The notes under the pieces are model-generated. The model saw only the letters and a list, made by a program, of their open reading frames with translations. It made no database searches and was not told the DNA's origin. This document shows, one piece after another, positions 54,138 to 62,778 of a DNA stretch of 64,000 nucleotides. Origin of the DNA: an uncultured Acidimicrobiaceae bacterium (GTDB lineage Bacteria > Actinomycetota > Acidimicrobiia > Acidimicrobiales > RAAP-2); NCBI GenBank assembly GCA_963817875.1, contig CAWFPQ010000009.1:55442-119441 (forward strand). Reading direction: 5' to 3'. Position 1 is the stretch's first letter, and every line of letters starts with the position of its first letter. The translations under genes were made by a program, and so were the position numbers.

Positions 54138-54755
54138 TTACGTCTTTCGTTGCTTTTTGGACTTCCCCGAAGGTGGTTCCGCGACGTCAAGGAACTTCTC
54201 GATGGCGTTCAACGCTTCAGCATGCGTCGTCGAGATACCGACGCCCTCCTCGAGGCGGATCAACCTCGGAGTCCCCGTCAAGAAGAAGAGCAATGCCTCG
54301 GGGGTGAGCCGACCGATTTCGATCTCCTCCTCCCCAAACGCGGCATAGAGTGCCTCCAGCTGGGTGCGCCGGACCCGCTCGGTCACCTCGGCGATCTCCG
54401 ATCGGACTGAGGGTCGGTGATTGCCGAGCGCGAGGAATTCGGTGGTGAGAGCCGAATTCGACTCTTCTTGGCTGTATGACCAGAGCACGCGTAGCGGTTC
54501 GCCCTCGCTGGCGTATAGCGCCTCGGTCAGCCGTTCGACATTCTGTCCCGCCCGCCTTCGAATAACCGCGAGGAAGAAATCGTCATGGTTTGGGAAGTAG
54601 TACTGGACCGAGCCTGCGGTCATACCTGCGGCCGCAGCCACGGCGCGATAGGTCACGCTCGCATACCCCGACTTGACCATCAGCCGCTCCACGCAGTCGA
54701 GTAAGAGATCCCATGTCTTAGATGTCGCCGCGCCATCTCGTCGGGGCGAAGTCAT
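54138..54755 (-). CDS. TetR family transcriptional regulator
   Basis: From MTSPRRDG. The HTH region is LLDCVERLMVKSGYASVTYRAVAAAAGMTAGSVQYYFPNHDDF. Confidence 0.85.
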   Translation of the reverse strand: MTSPRRDGAATSKTWDLLLDCVERLMVKSGYASVTYRAVAAAAGMTAGSVQYYFPNHDDFFLAVIRRRAGQNVERLTEALYASEGEPLRVLWSYSQEESNSALTTEFLALGNHRPSVRSEIAEVTERVRRTQLEALYAAFGEEEIEIGRLTPEALLFFLTGTPRLIRLEEGVGISTTHAEALNAIEKFLDVAEPPSGKSKKQRKT

Positions 54756-55198
54756 GTGCACCTCATTGTTCTGAAGGCGTGATTGAGGAAGTTGCTTTGT
54801 CGTGCGAGCCGGCATTTCTTCCGGCGCTCGCGTCCTTACAAGGACTCTGACGATGCGCCTCCGGCTGGCCAAGCCGCCAAAGACACATGGTTTGCGCTGT
54901 GGCGGCGACCTTCGTGGGGGGCTTGTCTCGGTGGGTGAGCGCTGTCGGAGCCCACGTTCTTGGGCGCACGCGGCTGGTGGCATCTCCAGCGCTCGCCGAC
55001 GGTCCCGGATTACTGGCCATCCCCATCTCCCATCACGCCCTTTACGTGGACCCCTTACACCTGTATGGTATACCTACCTTACATATGTAAGGCCGACGGC
55101 GATCTGGCTGATCCGTCAGGGAACTGAAGTTGGGTGACGACGCCGATGTCCCATTCTCGATAGGGGTGCGGTGGTGGCGTTCTTGAACGATTGAGGGG

Positions 55199-57367
55199 GT
55201 GGCTGTGAGGAACGAACACAAACGGCTGGAAGTCAAGGCTGGCCAAGGGCGTCACAAGAGACTGTTCAGCGATCAGCGCCGCCGATTGTCCAGAATCGCC
55301 ATGCTCGTCGTGGGGGCGGTGATGGTCGCAACATTGGCTCCGGCCGTGACCTCCTCGGTCTCAGCGACGACGCCGGCTCCCACGCTTCCCACTTGCCAGC
55401 CGTCAATGCCAGGTGGCCCTGTGTTCATCACGGCCGACTGCGTCGATCCGGTCTTGAACCAGCCCTACGTTGACATCGAACAGCCAGGGACAATGACCGA
55501 CCCGACCACGGGCGTGACGGTGAACTTCACTTACGTCCACGGCGGGTTCACGGGAACCACCACCAAGTTCGCGTTCTACTTTCCGTCGGCAAATCAGTAC
55601 GAGGGGCGATTCTTCGAGACCACCTACCCGACACTCGGTCAGGAAAACGCGGCAACGGACTGTCCATCGGTGGGAACCTCGGTCTGCTCTGTCGTGTTCG
55701 CCATCTCGAATGGCGCCTATGTCGTCTCGAGTAACAACGCAGGCGGCGTACCGGCGGGCGGGGCAGTCGCCCCCTACCGGGCTAACGCGGCATCGGCCAT
55801 GTATTCCCGGGTCGTGGCCCGCCAGATCTACGGCAACTCCATCCCCAGTCCCCGGGGTTACCTCTACGGTGCCAGCGGTGGCGCCTACCAGACGGTCGGG
55901 TCCATGGAGAATACGAGTGGGGTGTGGCAGGGGGCGGTACCTATGGTCTTCGGTGTCCCGAACGCCATCCCGAGCTTCATGACGGCCGAACTACTTGCTC
56001 TCAGGGTGCTCGGACCCGTGCTGCCACAGATCGCCGACGCCGTGGCACCCGGCGGGAGCGGCAACCCCTACGCCGGACTCAGCCCCGATCAGCAGGCGGT
56101 GCTCCACGAGGTCACGGACCTCGGGTTCCCGCTCCGGGGCTGGTGGCAATACGCCACCCTCAACGGCGGCGGGTTCTTAGCCGTGGAGGGTGCTGTCCGA
56201 GCGATCGATCCCACCTACGTCACAGATTTCTGGACCCAGCCGGGTTACGAGGGCAGCCAGCCGGCGGTCCAGGCTGCTCGAATCCAGTACGCCACGACAG
56301 TCATCAGCCTCTCCGGCACGAGCGGACTTGTCCTTGCCAACGTGCCTGCAGGGGACTTGATCAATGCGGATCTTGACATCGCAAGCGGTTCTCTTGCCGG
56401 TCAGACCATCCCGATCGAGTCCGTGAGTGGCAACACCGTCGAGCTCGCTGGGAGCAACTCGGGGATCACACCGGGCACGAACGTGGAGCTCGACAACTCT
56501 TGGTTGATCGCAATGCAGTACTACCAGCGTCACCAGGTGCCCACACCTGACGAGTACGGGTGGAACCAGTACCGCGCCCCAAACGGTCAGCCGCTCGAGC
56601 CGCAGCGACCCCTCCTGATCGGACCGCTCTTGACGGAGAGCACCGCCGGCTCGATCCCAGACGGGCACTTCTACGGGAAGATGATCATGCTGGGGTCGAC
56701 CATGGACGTCCAGGCGTACCCGTGGAGCGAGGACTGGTACCGCAACCAGGCCGAGGGCGCATTGGGAGCGAGCTTCCGGAGCAGCTATCGAATCTGGTAC
56801 ATGGATAACGCCGATCATGACCCGGAGGGTCCGGCAGCGACTACGGCTGATGACGCCAGCGATCACATCGTCGCCTACTCGGGTGAGGCGGAGCAGGCTC
56901 TGCTCGACCTCGATGCGTGGGTCGCGCATGGAGTTCAACCCCCGGCCAGCACGAACTACCGGATCGATTCGAACGACCAGGTTCAGTTGCCGCCGATCGC
57001 CGTCGCACGCAACGGCGTTCAGCCGGTGGTCGGCCTCTTTGCCGACGCGAGAGGAAGTCTCCCCTCCTCGAACCGGATCGACGTGAAGGCCGGCCAACCT
57101 GTCAGCTTCCTAACTGTCGCGCAGGCTCCACTGGGCGGCGGCTGCATCGTGAAGGCAGAGTTCGATCCGCAGGGCTCGGGGACCTTCCCCGACAGCATGC
57201 CAATACACCACGTAGGCCCAGTTGAGATACTCGGTGATTCATTTACCTACTCAACTCCTGGTACCTACTTCCCAGTCGTGCGGATCACCTCGAATGCCAA
57301 CTGTGATCCGAACGCGGTGTACGCGCTGATCCAAAATCTCGCCAGCGTGCGCGTGGTCGTCCACTAG
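55199..57367 (+). CDS. Large secreted protein, possible alpha/beta-hydrolase (GASGG elbow)
   Basis: Signal/anchor segment IAMLVVGAVMVATLAPAVTSSVSA, with non-repetitive sequence throughout. YGASGGAYQ is a G-x-S-x-G candidate. I cannot assign a family. Confidence 0.65.
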   Translation: MAVRNEHKRLEVKAGQGRHKRLFSDQRRRLSRIAMLVVGAVMVATLAPAVTSSVSATTPAPTLPTCQPSMPGGPVFITADCVDPVLNQPYVDIEQPGTMTDPTTGVTVNFTYVHGGFTGTTTKFAFYFPSANQYEGRFFETTYPTLGQENAATDCPSVGTSVCSVVFAISNGAYVVSSNNAGGVPAGGAVAPYRANAASAMYSRVVARQIYGNSIPSPRGYLYGASGGAYQTVGSMENTSGVWQGAVPMVFGVPNAIPSFMTAELLALRVLGPVLPQIADAVAPGGSGNPYAGLSPDQQAVLHEVTDLGFPLRGWWQYATLNGGGFLAVEGAVRAIDPTYVTDFWTQPGYEGSQPAVQAARIQYATTVISLSGTSGLVLANVPAGDLINADLDIASGSLAGQTIPIESVSGNTVELAGSNSGITPGTNVELDNSWLIAMQYYQRHQVPTPDEYGWNQYRAPNGQPLEPQRPLLIGPLLTESTAGSIPDGHFYGKMIMLGSTMDVQAYPWSEDWYRNQAEGALGASFRSSYRIWYMDNADHDPEGPAATTADDASDHIVAYSGEAEQALLDLDAWVAHGVQPPASTNYRIDSNDQVQLPPIAVARNGVQPVVGLFADARGSLPSSNRIDVKAGQPVSFLTVAQAPLGGGCIVKAEFDPQGSGTFPDSMPIHHVGPVEILGDSFTYSTPGTYFPVVRITSNANCDPNAVYALIQNLASVRVVVH

Positions 57368-57734
57368 GACGCGGAGCGCTCATTTCGCTGCTGGATGTCG
57401 CGAGCCAAAGACCTTCGGATGAAGTCGCGTGGCCCAAAAGCCGGCGTGCTTCTTCGGAGTTCTTTGCTTGCCTGCGAGAGATTCATTCGCCCTCTCTGTC
57501 GAGGCGCCGACTGGGGTGAAGACTCTTGGTTTCAGCTTGGCCTCAGGTCGGGGGCATCGATTGAGCGAAGTGGAAGGTCGCCGGTTTCGTATCTGGTTCA
57601 CTCGTCTCGCCGAAGACGAAACAGATTCACTCCGGGACGGATCGATGCCTTCGATCGCGCCAGCCCCAGAGAGCCCAACGGAAAAGCGCGGGAGCCCGAC
57701 AACGGTCGCAGTGCGACTGGGACGGCTCTCAGCG

Positions 57735-57920
57735 ATAGTAGAGCGCTCTACCACAGGGGCGGACCCAATGCAGGGGGTTCAAACTGGGTGGACGGAACCG
57801 CACTTCACGGGATCCGCCAGACCCAGACAGACGAAAACCCTCGCCTTGCCAAGGTCAGGGTCGCGGGTTCGAATCCCGTCTCCGGCTCCTACAGCAGTAC
57901 CAGATAGAGGCGGTTCAACC
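57735..57920 (+). repeat. att-like module C (most diverged): arm + tRNA-Gly 3' part with 5 mismatches (57841-57890) + tail
   Basis: ATAGTAGAGCGCTCTACCAC...AAACTGGGTGGACGGAACCGCACTTCACGGGA...GACGAAAACCCTCGCCTTGCCAAGGTCAGGGTCGCGGGTTCGAATCCCGTCTCCGGCTCCT, followed by ACAGCAGTACCAGATAGAGGCGGTTCAACC. Confidence 0.85.
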
Positions 57921-58038
57921 ACCCACGAACTGTCCAGTCGCTGGGCAGAGTGCCGCACCCACGAGTTCGCCGCGCACGCGATCTCAATCCCATGGTCGAG
58001 GCTATGCCTGAGAATCGACGGCAATCTCGGCAACTTCC

Positions 58039-59295
58039 TCAGGGTATCGGGAAGAGACCATTTACGAAGTCGTTGCGAAACTTGAAGGTCGGGTCGTACT
58101 CAACCATCAAGCGTTCGAAATCGGGAGCCCGCTCGTAGGAGGTGATGACCTCACGCGGGGACATCGTCGTGAGTTTGCCCCAGTGAGGCCGTGGATCGAG
58201 CGGCAACAACTGCTCTTCAATGGCCGCGAGGGCAGACAACGCCGCCGATTCATTGGCAGTCCAAGTGAAATGGAATGTGACGGAGTCCCGACCGTAGGCG
58301 GGGCTCAACCAGAGGTCATCCGAACAGACCGTACGCATCTCGCTGATGAGCAATTCCGGCGCAATGAGGCTACCGATCTCGCGGAGCGCGGAGATGGCCT
58401 CTCGTGCAACGTGACGTGGCAGGAAGACCTCTGATTGCAACTCATTTCCCGCTCCAGGACTCGGTTTGGGGCGGAAGTGTGCCAACCGCTCATGCCAAGG
58501 GCCGACCACCCCCAACTGCTCCGTGCATAGGTCCGGCGACATGCCAGGCACCGGATGGACGGTGTGTTGTGCGTGCCTGCCGGCGGACCAGGTCAACGCG
58601 CGCTGATCAACTCGACGCTTGAGCCATACGCTGGCCTCACCGCTACACCAATCGGTGAACGCGCTCACGCTATAGCCCGCGCTGAACAAGTCATCCAGTC
58701 CGTCCTCTATCTCATCGAGGGGAACGCCGAGGTGAACCTGTTGCGACATCTCGTACGCTGGCTCGATATCCAAGGTCAGATGGGTCACGATGCCAAGAGC
58801 ACCGAGAGCGACCACCGAGCCACGAAAATTGTCTCGATCGAGATCTCGCCTCAACTCGAGCAGGTCCCCGTCCGCGAGGACCAGCTTCATTGCGGCGACG
58901 GAGTCGGCGAGAACGCGTTGAGCATCGCCAGAACCGTGGGTGCCAGTTGCGCAGGCCCCGGCGATCGAGATGTCGGGGATCGAGGCCATATTCGATAACG
59001 CGAAACCTGCTCGAGACAACGCTTCGGCCAGATCGGTGTAACTCATGCCGGAAGCCACTGTCACCGTGGAATTAGTCGGATCGATGGTGAGCGTTTTGGG
59101 CAGATTGTCCAAAAGCACCGAATCGCCGGTGGTGTCAGCAATTCCGCTGAAGGAGTGGCCACGGCCAAGAGCTCGCATTTGTTTTCCGCCATGGACAATC
59201 CGGCGAAGGCTGTCGACCGATTCGGGCTTGTGTACTTGCGCGGCACCAAAGATGACGTTCCCAGCCCAGTTAGTGGCGGATACGTCGTGGCCCAT
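58039..59295 (-). CDS. FAD-binding oxidoreductase, D-arabinono-1,4-lactone oxidase/alditol oxidase family
   Basis: NWAGNV...P.S...L...V.......RALGRGHSFS (FAD_binding_4) and the C-terminal PHWGK motif of the ALO domain. Confidence 0.85.
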   Translation of the reverse strand: MGHDVSATNWAGNVIFGAAQVHKPESVDSLRRIVHGGKQMRALGRGHSFSGIADTTGDSVLLDNLPKTLTIDPTNSTVTVASGMSYTDLAEALSRAGFALSNMASIPDISIAGACATGTHGSGDAQRVLADSVAAMKLVLADGDLLELRRDLDRDNFRGSVVALGALGIVTHLTLDIEPAYEMSQQVHLGVPLDEIEDGLDDLFSAGYSVSAFTDWCSGEASVWLKRRVDQRALTWSAGRHAQHTVHPVPGMSPDLCTEQLGVVGPWHERLAHFRPKPSPGAGNELQSEVFLPRHVAREAISALREIGSLIAPELLISEMRTVCSDDLWLSPAYGRDSVTFHFTWTANESAALSALAAIEEQLLPLDPRPHWGKLTTMSPREVITSYERAPDFERLMVEYDPTFKFRNDFVNGLFPIP

Positions 59296-59369
59296 TTGCC
59301 TGCCAGGATCACTGTAAGAACCGATACCTGCCGAAGTTAGCTCGCCGTTTCACGTATTCGGCACATGCT

Positions 59370-59470
59370 GCTCAGCCGTCCCTCGCCTCCCTTGACGGCT
59401 GCTTGGTTCCAAAGTAGGTCGAACGCAACGCAGCCATGGCGGCGATCATCGCCACTGCACAGCCTTCTCA
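59370..59470 (-). pseudogene. C-terminal fragment of a TetR gene paralogous to 61072..61737
   Basis: The minus-strand frame gives AVAMIAAMAALRSTYFGTKQPS, compared with STVAMIAGMAALRSTYFGTKQPS in the intact gene. DNA at 59397-59453 is near-identical to 61142-61198. Confidence 0.5.
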
Positions 59471-59622
59471 GCTGCCTGTCGGACCTCGAGAATCCAGCGG
59501 CTTCTTTGAACACATGGCCCAGCAATCAGGCTCCAGGCGGCGCTCGAGAGCGGGATCGGCCACCGCTGCCACCGCGAAATTTCTAGGCTCCTCACTGCGG
59601 CCGTGTTTCGGGAGCTGCGCTG

Positions 59623-59810
59623 ATAGTAGAGCGCTCGACTACAGCGGCGGACTCGATGGACGGTCTGGAAACTGGGTGGACGCACCGCACTTCGGGGACC
59701 TGCTGGACCTAGAAGCACGAAAACCCTCACCATGCCAAGGTGAGGGTCATGGGTTCGAATCCCGTCTTCCGCTCCATTGCAGCAGGTCAGAGGCGGTGTC
59801 GCCACCGTCG
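59623..59810 (+). repeat. att-like module D: arm + tRNA-Gly 3' part with 3 mismatches (59727-59776) + tail
   Basis: ATAGTAGAGCGCTCGACTAC...GATGGACGG-n13-GGTGGACGC...CACGAAAACCCTCACCATGCCAAGGTGAGGGTCATGGGTTCGAATCCCGTCTTCCGCTCCA, followed by TTGCAGCAGGTCAGAGGCGGTGTCGCCACC. Confidence 0.85.
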
Positions 59811-59899
59811 CCTGCGGGGGAGTGAGGGCTCATCGGACTTCAGCGGGACAGCCGTTCGACGTCACCGCTGGACGTTGCCGCGCAGTCTCAGGGGGTCAC

Positions 59900-61003
59900 T
59901 CAATGTACGAAGGGGCTGCGGGGCAGCGTGAGGCTGAGATCCTGCGATGACAGCAGGCCCGCCGGGGCCGCCACGACGTAGGGAATCGCGTTGACGACCC
60001 GCATCGCTGTGGCCACCATGGCCCCCGCGCCGGCTTGCATCCCCTTGATCCCAATTCGAGCGGGATCATCAAGGGTGCATGACATTTCGCAGTGAATGTT
60101 GGGCTCGCCCTCGATGTCGATCTGGTAGCCGACTCCGTGTTCGGTACTCGGCCACTCCGGCGCGACATCGAGCGCCATGCGCGTGACGTGCGCGATCTCG
60201 AGTGCCTCGTTGCCCTCGACGACTCCGATGGCGCGTGTGCGAATGGCGCCACTCGTGCCAGCTTCGATCGTGCCGCACGCTACCTGGAGTGTCCGAGACG
60301 TCGGAATGCGTTCGACGGATTCGCGAACCTCTTGAATCTCGACCCCGAGGGCGTCCGCGATCATGTAGAGGCCACCGGACCACTCGTGGGTCACCACACC
60401 GGGCATGCAGATGAAGGGTTCAAAGTCCATCGGGCGGCCGAAACCCATCCCGTCCATCATCACGTCGGCGACCGCGTAGTCGTCGTACAGTCCGATCTCT
60501 GTCGACTTAATGGACTTGATGGTGCTGGACTGCGTGGTCAACACGAGCGCGAGCTGGTCCAGGGCAAATCCGGGCTCGATGCCCGAGGCGTAGATCGACG
60601 CCCGTCCCGCTTGCGTCGCCCGTCTCAGCTGGTCGCCTGCCACGGGGTCGAATACCGGTGGAAAGATGAGGCGGGTCGAGCTCGTGGTAACCACATTGAT
60701 GCCCGCCTCCAGGAGACGAACGTAGTCCGGGACCGATGCCGCGTCCCGATCGGGTCCGCTCGCGGCGTAGACGACGCAGTCGGGCTGTTGCGCGATGAGC
60801 GCGTCGGTGTCGCTTGTCGCAAGCAGGCCGATCGGCGCACCGTTCGCAAGTTGGCCGGCGTCCACACCCACCTTCTCCGGCGAGTGAACCCAGACGCCCA
60901 CGAGCTCGAGGTCTCGTCGCTGCTGAATGGCGGCGATCGAGATAGATCCGATGCCGCCGGTGGACCACACGGCGACGCGAAGCGGTTTGGACTCGTAAGA
61001 CAT
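59900..61003 (-). CDS. NAD(P)-binding oxidoreductase, dihydrodipicolinate reductase N-terminal domain-like family
   Basis: LRVAVWSTGGIGSISIAA (Rossmann start), and a length of about 367 aa typical of this actinobacterial family. Confidence 0.7.
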   Translation of the reverse strand: MSYESKPLRVAVWSTGGIGSISIAAIQQRRDLELVGVWVHSPEKVGVDAGQLANGAPIGLLATSDTDALIAQQPDCVVYAASGPDRDAASVPDYVRLLEAGINVVTTSSTRLIFPPVFDPVAGDQLRRATQAGRASIYASGIEPGFALDQLALVLTTQSSTIKSIKSTEIGLYDDYAVADVMMDGMGFGRPMDFEPFICMPGVVTHEWSGGLYMIADALGVEIQEVRESVERIPTSRTLQVACGTIEAGTSGAIRTRAIGVVEGNEALEIAHVTRMALDVAPEWPSTEHGVGYQIDIEGEPNIHCEMSCTLDDPARIGIKGMQAGAGAMVATAMRVVNAIPYVVAAPAGLLSSQDLSLTLPRSPFVH

Positions 61004-61071
61004 GGGCTCCCCCCGGGACTTTTCGCTGCTGAAGTTAGCTGGCCTTTTCAGGATCTCGGCACATTGGGAGA

Positions 61072-61737
61072 TCAGCCGTCCCGATGGAGGAAGCCGTGGA
61101 GGATCGCCTGGGTGAGCTCCTCGACGATCGCCCTTCTCGAAGGCTGCTTCGTTCCAAAGTAGGTCGATCGCAACGCAGCCATGCCGGCGATCATCGCGAC
61201 CGTCGAGTACGCGGCCAGGTCCGGGTGGTTCGAGCGCATCCCCCGAATGGCCATGCCCTCGGTGCTGATTCGGCCGAGGACGGCCAAAGCTCGGCGGATG
61301 TCACCTATGCCGGCTTCACCCATCTCCTCCTCGCTCAGAGCATCCGATGCCAACAGCGTGAGAACAAGGCCCTGACGTTCCACGAACACGTCGTAGAGCT
61401 GTCCGACGAACTGGCTGGCCAGCTCGTCTTCGTCGGTCTCCTCGGGGACGACCGCCTGCCACGTCCGGCCGAAGTCGTCGACGAAACTGGTGAAAGGAAC
61501 GACCATGGTTTCGCGGAACAGGGCGGCCTTCGAGCCGAAGTGACGGAAGAGCAGGGGTTCGATGACGCCGGCGGCCTCAGCGATCTCGCGGGTGGTGGTG
61601 CTGCGGTAGTCCTGGCGGGCGAAGAGGTCGCTGGCGGCGTCGAGCAGGAGTCGCCGCGGCTCGCCTCGGGGACGGCGCGTCGCGCGGGCCGGTGTCCCTG
61701 CCGCGGGTTTCTTGTTGGTCGAAGTTCGCTGGGGCAC
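61072..61737 (-). CDS. TetR family transcriptional regulator
   Basis: LLDAASDLFARQDYRSTTTREIAEAAGVIEPLLFRHFGSKAALF. Confidence 0.85.
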   Translation of the reverse strand: MPQRTSTNKKPAAGTPARATRRPRGEPRRLLLDAASDLFARQDYRSTTTREIAEAAGVIEPLLFRHFGSKAALFRETMVVPFTSFVDDFGRTWQAVVPEETDEDELASQFVGQLYDVFVERQGLVLTLLASDALSEEEMGEAGIGDIRRALAVLGRISTEGMAIRGMRSNHPDLAAYSTVAMIAGMAALRSTYFGTKQPSRRAIVEELTQAILHGFLHRDG

Positions 61738-61945
61738 AGTCGTTCACTCTTCCAACCGGCGCTCGGCGGCCATGAATGAAGATAGTATACGCTATCTAAG
61801 CCGTCTGGAGCGTGCTTCGAAGGGGAGGGGACATGGGCGCCGTCATCATGCTGGGCACGTTGTTCGGACTGATCGCCCTCGTCGTCGGCCTGGTCCTTCG
61901 CTACGACCCCGAAGCGCGCCGTGTTCCGGGCCAGGAGCGTGACCA

Positions 61946-62755
61946 GTGAGCCAGGGGTTGACCCCGTTGCTGACGGCAGCGATCGGCTTCGCCTACATCG
62001 GAGGGTTCGCGTTCGTGGCGATCGGCGTATACCTGACGTATCGGCGCCGTCGCCTCCACCCCCTACTGCTCGTCTGCGTCGCGGCGATCTCGATCTCGTG
62101 GATCGAGGCGCCCTACGACTGGGCGGTCTACGCCCAGTTCGCGCCAGCCATCCCCCGCATGCCGTCATGGTGGCCATTGGACATGACATGGGGTGGGCTT
62201 CCGGCGTCGGTCCCCATCGGCTACATCTCTTATTTCGTGACGCCCGCCCTGGTCGGCGCCGCACTCGGGCGACGGCTGAGTTCGAGGTTCCATTGGCGCA
62301 GGCCGACCACCCTCCTCGGTGTCGGGCTCGTCGTCGGGTTCCTCTGGGCCTTCCTCTTCAACGGGATCCTCGGGGCACGGCTCGGTGTCTTCTACTACGG
62401 CCGCGTCATCCCCGGGCTTGCGCTGTGGCAAGGGACCAAGCACCAATATCCGCTCTACGACGCCCTCGCCATGGGCGTCATGGTCATGGTCTTCTCCTAC
62501 ATACTCGGACGGACGGATTCCGAAGGACGCACCGTCATCGAAACGTGGGCCGCCGCGAGCTCACCCAGCCCTCTTCGGTCCACTGTCCTGTCCCTCGTCG
62601 GTGTCGTTGTCATCGCAAACCTGCTCTACGGCTTGGTCTTCACGCCCCATCTCGTGACGAAGTTAGAAGGTCAGGTAACCGCAGGGCCGACGGCTTCACT
62701 TTTTCCAGGCGTGCCGAACCAACCGCTTCAAGGCGCCACTCACCTCGGTCCTTGA
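61946..62755 (+). CDS. Polytopic membrane protein, possibly spirocyclase AveC-like family
   Basis: About six hydrophobic segments. It lies immediately upstream of a P450 gene. The family assignment comes from memory of AveC-like proteins next to P450 genes and is tentative. Confidence 0.5.
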   Translation: MSQGLTPLLTAAIGFAYIGGFAFVAIGVYLTYRRRRLHPLLLVCVAAISISWIEAPYDWAVYAQFAPAIPRMPSWWPLDMTWGGLPASVPIGYISYFVTPALVGAALGRRLSSRFHWRRPTTLLGVGLVVGFLWAFLFNGILGARLGVFYYGRVIPGLALWQGTKHQYPLYDALAMGVMVMVFSYILGRTDSEGRTVIETWAAASSPSPLRSTVLSLVGVVVIANLLYGLVFTPHLVTKLEGQVTAGPTASLFPGVPNQPLQGATHLGP

Positions 62756-62778
62756 CCCGGTCGATCGAAGGACAGCGC

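Larger units (their letters stand above)
44319..59810 (+). mobile_element. tRNA-Gly-anchored array of four accessory segments, each closed by an att-like module; no recombinase recognisable inside
   Basis: Direct repeats of tRNA-Gly positions 44269-44318 occur at 46683-46733, 51713-51762, 57841-57890 and 59727-59776. DNA between them is visibly less GC-rich than the 1-21 kb part and carries regulators, small metabolic genes and pseudogene fragments. Confidence 0.5.

Noticed and set aside
46683-59776. The four partial tRNA-Gly copies as additional functional tRNA genes, or as one tRNA split by an intron
   Set aside because: No copy has a 5' acceptor strand (GCGGAAG, or GCCGGAG for copy C) or a convincing D arm upstream. 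The ~125-nt arm is too short and shows none of the P/Q/R/S-type elements I would expect for a group I intron. Copies C and D carry stem-disrupting, non-compensated substitutions.
46468-59805. Minus-strand ORFs running across the att-like modules (46468..46767, 51486..51929, 57779..58033, 57380..57754, 59446..59805) with conserved peptides such as EDGIRTRDPHLGKVRVFVRLGPARPVTCGS
   Set aside because: The EDGIRTRDP...GK.RV stretch is simply the reverse translation of a tRNA T arm and anticodon arm. Peptide conservation exists only where the DNA is identical. The frame is broken in copies C and D. There are no plausible starts or RBSs.
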